Positions 8,178-16,106 of a stretch of DNA of 24,000 nt are shown piece by piece. The notes under the pieces are model-generated. The model did not search any database. It saw only the letters and a program-made list of their open reading frames with translations, and was not told the origin of the DNA. The position numbers and the translations under genes were made by a program. Source of the DNA: an uncultured Candidatus Saccharibacteria bacterium. Its GTDB lineage: Bacteria > Patescibacteriota > Saccharimonadia > Saccharimonadales > Saccharimonadaceae. Within the stretch, counting starts at the first letter, position 1. Each line of letters begins with the position of its first letter. Location: NCBI GenBank assembly GCA_938036785.1, contig CALHWE010000011.1, forward strand, positions 1-24,000. The letters are read 5' to 3'.

Positions 8178-8909
8178 CTACCGCCCTACCCTGCTTTTTT
8201 GCAATCGGTAAAACCGCTCTTGATTACCATGCGCGCCCTTCACGCTGCTATCGGCCTTGTCGATAATCACACAGTAGGTGCGCACCCACTGCTCGAAGTC
8301 GCGCAGGATGGCACGGCGCACGCTGTCATTTTTGACGATGCCACCGCGTGTAAGCTGCGCGCGCTGCGCCTCAAACTGCGGCTTGACCATCGCGATGATA
8401 CTGGTGCGCGAACTGCTGATACGCACTAGGTGCGGTAGAATTTTGCGCAGACTAATGAACGATACATCAATGACAATAATGTCTGGTGTAGTGGCTGGCA
8501 CAAAATCGCGAATGTCGGTTTTTTCATGCAGCTCAATGCGCGGGTCGCCACGTAGGCTAGGGTGGAGCTGCTCCGTCCCCACGTCCACCGCATACACCAT
8601 GCGCGCACCATGCTGCAATGCATAGTCAGTAAAGCCGCCAGTGCTGCTACCAACATCAAGCACGATAGTATTATCAAATGAAATATTGAGCCGCTGCGCG
8701 ACGCTGGCTAATTTAAGCCCCGCCCGCGACACATAGCGCTCGTGCGCCACCAGTTTTATCTGCGTCGACTCATCTACAAACATCCCCGGCTTGTGCGCCA
8801 CCGCACCATCCACCAATACCTTGCCAAGGCGAATCCAATTCTCAGCCGCTGAGCGTGTTGCTGCTTGGCCACGCGCCACCATTGCTTTGTCTAGTCGTTG
8901 TTTTTGCAT
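8178..8909 (-). CDS. tlyA: TlyA-family rRNA 2'-O-methyltransferase (S4 domain plus FtsJ-like methyltransferase)
   Basis: From the ATG at 8909: MQKQRLDKAMVARGQAATRSAAENWIRLGKVLVDG is the S4 RNA-binding domain. VLDVGSSTGGFTDYALQHGARMVYAVDVG is the SAM-binding motif. The track ORF extends to 8984, but TATAAT sits 6 nt before the ATG at 8909. Confidence 0.88.
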   Translation of the reverse strand: MQKQRLDKAMVARGQAATRSAAENWIRLGKVLVDGAVAHKPGMFVDESTQIKLVAHERYVSRAGLKLASVAQRLNISFDNTIVLDVGSSTGGFTDYALQHGARMVYAVDVGTEQLHPSLRGDPRIELHEKTDIRDFVPATTPDIIVIDVSFISLRKILPHLVRISSSRTSIIAMVKPQFEAQRAQLTRGGIVKNDSVRRAILRDFEQWVRTYCVIIDKADSSVKGAHGNQERFYRLQKSRVGR

Positions 8910-8915
8910 GTTCTT

Positions 8916-8921
8916 ATTATA
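8916..8921 (-). promoter_or_regulatory. -10 box TATAAT, 6 nt upstream of the tlyA ATG (leaderless)
   Basis: Minus strand reads TATAAT-AAGAAC-ATG(8909). Confidence 0.5.
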
Positions 8922-8984
8922 CTGCACGAGTGGGTAGATATTTAGTTGGTGTAAAGCTAATAGGCCTGCTGCATCTTTACACAA

Positions 8985-10573
8985 TGCATGAGACTATAGA
9001 GCGTAATAATGATGAGGTTGGATGATACTACTGCGCGCGGATATGCTTCTTACTTCCGTCGTTTTTCAAATTTTGAGGATGAAGAAATCCGCTTTGTTCT
9101 TTGCGCGCTATTGCAGCTTTTATATTAATAACCCACTCAAACTATCGCGCACTGCAGCATACTATTCTTCATTCGCACACGTTGCTGGAAGCTAGCAGGA
9201 TATTCAAAACACAAGACAGCTCAGCCAAGCATATAGTATATATAACAAAAATTGAGTGGGCATCGTGATAGCGAAATATCTTGCACGTATGGCTGTGCCG
9301 CATCACCAACAAGCTGCATATTCACCCTCCCGCAAAAGCACTACACATAGCAAAACACGATGCCACTGCGGCAGATGCTTCGCATAGCGAGTCAGCCTGT
9401 CTGAATAAAAAATTGATTTTGACAGCATCACATTTTTGCAAGCCAAGCGTGAGTATTTGTGTATGCCACATGGTATATTTCGCATCCTCGCTGCACATAG
9501 ATGTGCAAGAATGTATCGCACCATATTTTACTTTTATGCGTGTTTTGCAAAATTTGTATGGGCCATCTGTAAGCAGTTCTAGCCGCGATAATAAACAATT
9601 CATTTTTGCACAAATCTACAAACAATGATTATTTTTATCATCAACCGCTCATTCGCGCAGCCTATACTTCGCAGCAGCATATCGCCTCGCTATAATTTGC
9701 TCAGTATGCAAAAAACCAAAAATGAAACACCCTCCAGCCAGCCACAACAAACTTGCACGAAAAAGCAAAAAATCAAAAATACTCAAACCCAAAAAATAGA
9801 CGCGCCGCACAATGATCACATTTTTTATCACGCAGCAACAGCTCCACGCATCATGTTGCTAGCAGTATTTTTTTACGTGAGTGTGCTCAAGCCAAACGCG
9901 TAGCTTCGCAGCAACACAACAAAAAATTGTGTTCATTATTTTTAAAATACTTATGTTTACTTTGGTACGTTTTGTATTATGCCCTATTGCCATAAGCGTT
10001 ATTATATTGCTAAAGATAAATGCGCGTTTGTAACGAAAATTTGTTCATTTATGCTTATGGTTACTGTGTTTATCCTGGGTGTAAGCATACGTGTGCGTGC
10101 TCCATGCCGCACGAAACAATCGTTGAGTTTGGCACATCGTTGTTGTGCTCACTATATCCTTCTAGCTGCCCTGATGTTGTTTGTACATCACTATGCCTAT
10201 TCCTTCCTGTTGTGCTCGTATCATCGTTTTGCTCAATTGCTGTACTTCCTACGACGCTCATATTCCGAACGTTCGCCAGGTATTCTCTGTTTCTGTTCTG
10301 TCTTTTTTACAATGCCTTGTATATTTCGGCATCATCCTCGTTGCAGAGAGCTGTGTTGCATTCTTTACAATAATATCTCGATCCTATCGAGCTTGACGAC
10401 GCGCCTCATGTATTGGTTATTACAACATTATGTATGCCCTTTTTCTTGCGCGTACCATTCAGCAAAAACACAGCGCGCTCATAAGCTTGTGCTCAAAATT
10501 GGCAAAAATCGTCTCTACTCTACGTTGTTTTTATCACATCTCTAGGATGCTCCAGCCTGGGCATCACGCGGCA
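8985..10573. other. AT-rich, ORF-free tract A, depleted in G on the + strand (about 1.6 kb)
   Basis: No credible ORF. The track ORFs here (for example 9979-10545) translate to Cys/His/Phe/Leu-rich junk. Three hand-counted lines (9301, 9721, 10261; 180 nt) give A63 C53 G22 T42. Confidence 0.8.
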
Positions 10574-10574
10574 C

Positions 10575-10602
10575 AAAAAATACACCGCTTTTCGCGGTGT
10601 AT
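10575..10602 (-). terminator. Rho-independent terminator of efp
   Basis: Minus strand reads ATACACCGC-gaaaa-GCGGTGTAT followed by TTTTTTG. The 9-bp stem is perfect (10580-10588 / 10594-10602). It lies about 70 nt after the efp stop. Confidence 0.85.
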
Positions 10603-10675
10603 ATATGTTATCCCTACTTTCTCTCACTTTTGCATGTCAACGCGATGAGAGCGGCTCTCATGAGCTCTCAGGGCA

Positions 10676-11236
10676 CTATTTCTTGCGCTCGCGATACTCT
10701 CCGCTTGCAGTATCGACAGAAATAACGTCGCCCGTCTTAATAAAGGCTGGCACCTTGACGACAAGGCCCGTCTCCAGCGTCGCATCTTTGAGCACACTGC
10801 TGGTTGTATCACCTTTTACAACATCTTCGGTGTAGGTGACTTGAAGGTAGAGGTTTTTTGGCAGCTCGACATTGATCACTCTGCCATCAAAGAACTGCAG
10901 GCTCAGTGTGTCCCCCTCCTTCAGATAGTCCTTAGCGCTGTCGACGAGGTTCGCAGCAAGCTCAAACTGCTCAAAGCTAGTTGGATCCATAAAATAGAAC
11001 GTATCACCATCATTATAGAGGTACTGCACACTCTGTGTTGACACCTCGGCGGGCTCAATCTTGTCTTGCCCCTTGAAGGTCTTAGGCAGCACACTCCCAT
11101 CGATCAAGTTCTTCAGCCGCACATTCACAATTGAGCCACCCCGGCCCATTACCTTCTGATTATAGTCCACAACCCGATACGGCTTGCCATCGAGCTGCAC
11201 AATCACGCCTTTTTTGAGGTCAGTTGGTTGGTACAT
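10676..11236 (-). CDS. efp: Translation elongation factor P (Arg32-type loop)
   Basis: MYQPTDLKKGVIVQLDGKPYRVVDYNQKVMGRGGSIVNVRLKNLIDGS... aligns with EF-P along its length. AGGAGA lies 6 nt upstream of the ATG at 11236. The track ORF starts one codon earlier at a GTG. Confidence 0.93.
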   Translation of the reverse strand: MYQPTDLKKGVIVQLDGKPYRVVDYNQKVMGRGGSIVNVRLKNLIDGSVLPKTFKGQDKIEPAEVSTQSVQYLYNDGDTFYFMDPTSFEQFELAANLVDSAKDYLKEGDTLSLQFFDGRVINVELPKNLYLQVTYTEDVVKGDTTSSVLKDATLETGLVVKVPAFIKTGDVISVDTASGEYRERKK

Positions 11237-11282
11237 CACCTATCTCCTGTTTAGTAGTTGCTGCTTCGTTCGAAACATCCGC

Positions 11283-11309
11283 CAGCGCAGTCACAGAGGT
11301 ACTGCGCTG
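11283..11309. other. Perfect 9-bp hairpin between rpsR and efp
   Basis: CAGCGCAGT-cacagaggt-ACTGCGCTG. There is no U-tract 3' of the stem on either strand, so it is not a canonical terminator. Confidence 0.5.
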
Positions 11310-11318
11310 AAAAAGCTC

Positions 11319-11519
11319 CTAACCTTGCGCCACAAATGGCAGCAACGCCAAGTGGCGAGCACGCTTCACCGCTACGGCGAGTTGTCGTTGTTGTTTATCC
11401 GACAACCCTGTGCGGCTGCGTGGCTCGATCTGCCCATAAATATTAATGAACTTTTGCAATGTCTTTGCATCTTTGTAGTCAAAATAGACCGGTGTGTCCT
11501 TGCGCATGCGCTTGGCCAT
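11319..11519 (-). CDS. rpsR: 30S ribosomal protein S18
   Basis: [62 protein letters not shown] is a canonical S18 sequence. AAGGAG lies upstream of the ATG. Confidence 0.95.
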   Translation of the reverse strand: MAKRMRKDTPVYFDYKDAKTLQKFINIYGQIEPRSRTGLSDKQQRQLAVAVKRARHLALLPFVAQG

Positions 11520-11543
11520 TATTTGTTCTCCTTTAGTATGTTG

Positions 11544-11993
11544 TTAAAATGGTATTTCTGATAGGTCAATTGGCTTGTCGTCAATGTCTTCGATGACGAC
11601 ATCCTGGCTGCTACCACTGTTAGTTGGCGCTGCGGCCGGTGTTGTATTTCCGTCAGCACGTCCACCACCAACGAAGGTGAAGTCCTCTACTGTTACTTCT
11701 ACAACAGAACGCTTGTTGCCGTCCTTATCGTCGTAGCTGCGCTGGTCGAGGCGACCACTAACGAGTAGCGGACTACCCTTCTTTACATATTGTGCAATGG
11801 TTTCGCCAGTCCGCCCCCAGGCTACACAGTTAATGAAGCTGGTTTGGTCTTGGTTTTGGCCATTTTGGTTGCGCCATGTACGAGTGACCGCTAGTGTAAA
11901 ATTCGCAACGTTCTGCCCACTTGCTGTGGTGCGCACCTCTATATCGCGCGTCAAATTGCCCATCAAAATAACTTTGCTAAATCCTCGAGCCAT
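11544..11993 (-). CDS. ssb: Single-stranded DNA-binding protein
   Basis: The OB-fold N-terminus MARGFSKVILMGNLTRDIEVRTTASGQNVANFTLAV, a Gly/Pro-rich linker and the acidic tail DDKPIDLSEIPF. GAGGAGG Shine-Dalgarno sequence. The gene sits between rpsF and rpsR, the classic order. Confidence 0.95.
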   Translation of the reverse strand: MARGFSKVILMGNLTRDIEVRTTASGQNVANFTLAVTRTWRNQNGQNQDQTSFINCVAWGRTGETIAQYVKKGSPLLVSGRLDQRSYDDKDGNKRSVVEVTVEDFTFVGGGRADGNTTPAAAPTNSGSSQDVVIEDIDDKPIDLSEIPF

Positions 11994-12041
11994 ACATCCT
12001 CCTCGATTCTTTACTGTGGTTATTAGCTGTTGTGGTAATTT

Positions 12042-12386
12042 TTACTCTTCTGTCTGGCGGCTGGCTTCGCGTGCTTTAGCCTCGGCCATCAGCTTGCGGC
12101 CCTTCTCGTCCACCTTGACGAGCAGGTAGCGGATCACATCATCAGAAATATTCAGCGCATTACTGATCTTTAGCGGTGCATCGGCAGGCAGCGCCACCTC
12201 AAAGTAGACATACACCGCAAAGTCTTCCTTCTTAATACTATACTGCAGCTTTTTCTTGCCCCAGTTGTCTTCGCTGGTAATAGAGCCACCAGCGCCGAGC
12301 ACCAGCTCACGCACCTTAGCAAGCGGTGCTTCAAGGTTTGATTCTAGATCTGGCCGAATCAAAACCGTTAGTTCATATTGTTTCAT
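12042..12386 (-). CDS. rpsF: 30S ribosomal protein S6
   Basis: From the ATG at 12386: MKQYELTVLIRPDLE...FAVYVYFEV matches the S6 family. A strong AAGGAGG lies 7 nt upstream. The track ORF starts 8 codons earlier with no support. Confidence 0.93.
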   Translation of the reverse strand: MKQYELTVLIRPDLESNLEAPLAKVRELVLGAGGSITSEDNWGKKKLQYSIKKEDFAVYVYFEVALPADAPLKISNALNISDDVIRYLLVKVDEKGRKLMAEAKAREASRQTEE

Positions 12387-12461
12387 ATGTAAACCTCCTT
12401 TGGGATCCATATGGATGTTTATCCGGACGATAAACTTAGGTTAATAACGCATTATATTATA
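12387..12461 (-). promoter_or_regulatory. rpsF promoter (overlapping TATAAT boxes at 12451-12461) and a leader of about 60 nt containing a hairpin
   Basis: Minus strand reads CGCGTATAATATAAT...GTTTATC-gtccg-GATAAAC (perfect 7-bp stem, 12417-12435)...AAGGAGGTTTACAT-ATG. The loop contains CCG. Confidence 0.55.
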
Positions 12462-12469
12462 CGCGAGAC

Positions 12470-15313
12470 AGCATGCAAAGTCTAGCGAGGTACAGGGGTG
12501 TGGAGGTGTTGTGCTTTTTAGTTTTTCTATTTTTTGAATGGTCACATACTCTGTGTAATTATAAGTTGTTAGTTACCTCATTCGCCGCATGATTGCACCC
12601 CGTCTTGCAAGCACTTATCCATCCTGCCATAAGCCAAGAAGTGGCATGACGCGATCATATGCTCTATCCGCATTTCACAAAAAAGATAATTACATTATGG
12701 CGCTACAATTCGCTTGCTTCGCCCCATCACTATCCTTAATATATTATGCCCATATATTATATATAAGCCCAGCAAAGCACCCTTTAAACGCTATCGCATC
12801 TATAAAATAATACTTGTTATATGTCAAAATATGAAAAATGAACCACCCGTACTTGTCGTGTATATATTACTTTGTCTTTCGCTCTTTTAGCTCTTTCAAT
12901 GCTGCGATGTATCTATAAAAATTATCGAGCCAGTTTTCGCTTGTGCTTATTTCGCTATTGCTTCTGCCTAAAGCGAAGTATTGTTTTGCTGTCTCCTTGC
13001 GCATTTTTGTCAGAGCCACCTATAGCACTCCATGGGGCCATTATGTCTATCTCATTTTTGCACACTACTTACATAGAGCCAGCTGCCCCGCCTCCATACA
13101 TCGTACATGCAGGTCGATATTTTGCCATTTGTTTCCATACCATAAAGTACTATATAATGCAAAACGTGAAAATTTTGAAACCTTCATTCGTACCATCAAC
13201 GATGCATCATTATTTTTTATCCAAGCCATACATCGCACCCTATTAGATCGTGTATATGTAATAACCATAACCACTATATACTGCTTGTGTTTGTCGCACA
13301 TTCGCCTACATTTAACACACAATTAGCCACCTACGCTCAAAAATATGAAAATAGCACCATGCTAACCCACTCGCTGGATCATATACATCACACTCCATTC
13401 ATTTTTTGACTTCGCACTCACACTCTGAGGTTGTTTTATACACCTAATGCTTTGCTATACTAATTATGCCTATCTCACCATCAACTATCCTTTGCTTGCA
13501 TTATGCAACCGATCATGAAAATTTGCTATGCTATCGTATTGGCATGACGCAGACGCAAATCCAGCTATCACCACATCCTCACAAATCACCCTCTTAGCCA
13601 CAAAGTTACTCGCGCCTACCATACATTTTGGCTCACCAATGCCTACTATTTTTGACCCTCGTCGCACCCATCTGCTTGGTTATGCAAATTTTACTACCAA
13701 GCCTATCGTTGAATAATTTTCTACTGTTTTCATACATCCTCTCCGCACCAATTGTACATCGTCATACCTCGCGGTACACAAAAATCTCACCCCTCACACC
13801 ATCATCGCATCGCACTATTTCAAAAATCATCATTTTTTATTAGCGGTCAATCAGCTGCTGCCACACATGCTTCGCATATCATACACATCTCACCAAAATT
13901 ATCACATTCTTTCGGCACGCACAAACCATCATTGCTTCTTGGCATTATATTTTTGCACTACTTTGCCAGGCTGAGTTTCATTATTCTCCAAATTTTTATT
14001 ATGAACATCATTATGTTTCGTTCATAAACTTTAGCGAGGCGGCCCATTACTTAATTCGCTTCTTGCATCACATTCAACCTTCTTGTGTTCGCACGCGCCG
14101 CACAGATTTTAGCCAGAACATGGCAGCCATTTACTCAAGCGAACTCACTCCCTACTTTATCTCACAACCTCACATTCATTTTTGCATATTTCCCTAATCA
14201 AAAATGTGAAATTTTGCACTGCTACTACACGCACTTCATTTTTATTACACATGTTGTACGTCGCTCCTCTATCTTTCTATCTCGCTGCGTCAATTTTTGC
14301 ATACTCATTCACAAATTTGCACATAGGTGTGCACACTGCCATCATCCTCATTTTATATTTACTACCAAACAACCCATTCTTATATCATTCATCACTCACA
14401 TAGTAGCAAAAAATATTTTGCACGCACATTATGTTGCAAAGTTACGAACGTTTTTGCTAGACGTCGCTAATTTTTTAGCAATAGCAAATAGTGCATCAGC
14501 GTTTTTTATTACAGCGTCGCAATGCTATATTATTTTTGTCATGTATGTGCTATCTGCTTGCCACTCCGGTTTTCGAAAATAATCGTTTTTTCACAGCAAC
14601 GCACTTCTGTCATTTTTCTACGTGCAAAATTATAACTACATATATCGTGTACCAATCAAAATAGACAAAAAATAATATTTTGCTGCAGAATAATTATTAA
14701 TAATGTATTTCCCACTCATATTTCTGCAAACCACTTTGCAAAAATATCTTTACTACTGCAAAAAGCTGCTCGTCGCTTTGCATTATACTTTGCCGTTTTC
14801 TCATCTTTGACTTTTTGTATTTCAATTCATACCGCACTCGTCGCTTATTCGTTTCGCGCCCGCTCAATTTCTCATCAATATAGCGGCAATAAACTGTATG
14901 AACGAATTATTATAATATTCATATTCTCTCACTGCCCCCTCGCTTGTGTTATGTGTAGCATCATATACAAAAAAGATATATTCGATGAAGCAATCGACTC
15001 ACTTTGCATACAAAATATTCATTACGATACACTATATATAGTACATTATCATATCTATGCTTTTTAAATTTACCATTCACCGCTCTGAATATATTCATAT
15101 TATATTCAGACATTTCCTTGCTCGTTTTCAGGCAATTTATAACATACAAGTGCGTCAATATAGCACACAAATATCTCCTCGCAGTACGAGAAATGCATTA
15201 TTTTCGTCACAACGCACAACATTACACCAACCAATACACGCGATCCTTAAAAATTCAATGGCATAGCACGTGCCCTTGTTTATTCTTTGCAATCACCATA
15301 GATTTTTTGCACA
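12470..15313. other. AT-rich, ORF-free tract B, depleted in G on the + strand (about 2.8 kb)
   Basis: No credible ORF in six frames. I hand-counted 126 G in 1,080 nt (about 12%). Five fully counted lines give A76 C91 G31 T102. There is a 64-nt run with no G at 14339-14402. TTTTGCA-type motifs recur throughout. Confidence 0.85.
13453..13461 (+). promoter_or_regulatory. Orphan extended -10 promoter TGCTATACT inside tract B
   Basis: The 13-mer TGCTATACTAATT (13453-13465) is identical to the pheA promoter (20693-20705), and its first 10 nt match the ychF promoter (6151-6160). No credible gene lies downstream. Confidence 0.4.
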
Positions 15314-15314
15314 G

Positions 15315-15338
15315 AAAAACCAGTGCTCATCACACTGG
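15315..15338 (-). terminator. Rho-independent terminator of the 247-aa gene
   Basis: Minus strand reads CCAGTG-tgatgag-CACTGG followed by TTTTTCT. It lies 25 nt after the stop at 15363. Confidence 0.7.
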
Positions 15339-15362
15339 CTTTCTCTCGTCTATAACTAGCCT

Positions 15363-16106
15363 TTATGCAGCGAGTGAGAAGTCTCCTTGAACCAAACCAA
15401 GCTCATCACTATACTCAAGCCGTTGCGACTCTGTAGTCGGAACCAGCACAATACCACTTGCAGTGCTGAGCTCGCCATCAATCACATCACCTTGGTCTGT
15501 GATCATCTGCGGGCCTTCGCCTGGCTCACCCTGAATAATGCCATACACAACAGGGGCACTATCAATCATCTCTTGATCTGGGCGCTTTCCAACATAGAAT
15601 CCAATCAATGAGCCGATTACCCCTTCTTCCGCTCCACCATCTTCGCCTAAAGAAATCGCCGCTTCTTGGTGGGATAGCGACGACTCAATTGCGGAATACA
15701 GCGATGATACATCGCCTTGAGTGTCCTTAGGGCTCTTAAAGTCGTCAACTATTAGCACGACATATGGGACATCATTGACCTCAATAATATCACCAATTGC
15801 CAAGCCAAGCTTATCGCGCAGCTCGGATAATTTATTATGAATGGTATCAATGTGCTGATCTGTCATCTCAGCCATCGACAGTGCAAATAGCGGCCCAAGC
15901 TCGCGCTGCAGCCAGCCTCGAACCTCTTGAGCAGATGGCAGCTCAAGAGCATTTGGCTTGCCATATCGATCATTAAACTTTTTGTCTGTCAGCATATTTC
16001 CATCATTTGCTGTGTCGTATTTTGAATATTTTGTCTCGCCCACTGGCGGTTTGTCACTTCTTGCGAATGGTTCTTCGCTTGTGTTATTGTTGGTATACTC
16101 TCTCAT
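15363..16106 (-). CDS. Acidic hypothetical protein (247 aa), no recognisable domain
   Basis: Clean ORF with host-like GC (about 53% in one counted line), its own terminator, and the sequence GGAGTATAAACAACT-ATG upstream. The protein is rich in Asp/Glu/Gly with no TM helix or signal peptide. I recognise no family. Confidence 0.65.
   Translation of the reverse strand: MREYTNNNTSEEPFARSDKPPVGETKYSKYDTANDGNMLTDKKFNDRYGKPNALELPSAQEVRGWLQRELGPLFALSMAEMTDQHIDTIHNKLSELRDKLGLAIGDIIEVNDVPYVVLIVDDFKSPKDTQGDVSSLYSAIESSLSHQEAAISLGEDGGAEEGVIGSLIGFYVGKRPDQEMIDSAPVVYGIIQGEPGEGPQMITDQGDVIDGELSTASGIVLVPTTESQRLEYSDELGLVQGDFSLAA

Noticed and set aside
9979-10545. 188-aa ORF in tract A, and similar ORFs in tract B (12872-13246, 12943-13326, 14085-14582, 15004-15390)
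   Set aside because: The translations are Cys/His/Phe/Leu/Tyr-rich, low-complexity and overlap each other in different frames. Their length is explained by the scarcity of TAG and TGA on a G-poor strand. None has a Shine-Dalgarno sequence or a correctly spaced -10 box.
10065-13223. oriC or DnaA-box cluster (TTATCC at about 10067, 10607, 12419, 12613 and 13215; TTATCACAT near 10533 and 13888)
   Set aside because: None matches the full TTATCCACA consensus. No dnaA or dnaN lies nearby, and gene orientation does not switch across the region. The matches are probably a by-product of AT-rich composition.
13941-13960. Sigma-54-like TGGCA...TTGCA promoter (TTGGCATTATATTTTTGCAC)
   Set aside because: The GG to GC spacing is two nucleotides longer than the TGGCAC-N5-TTGC consensus, and only this one instance exists.
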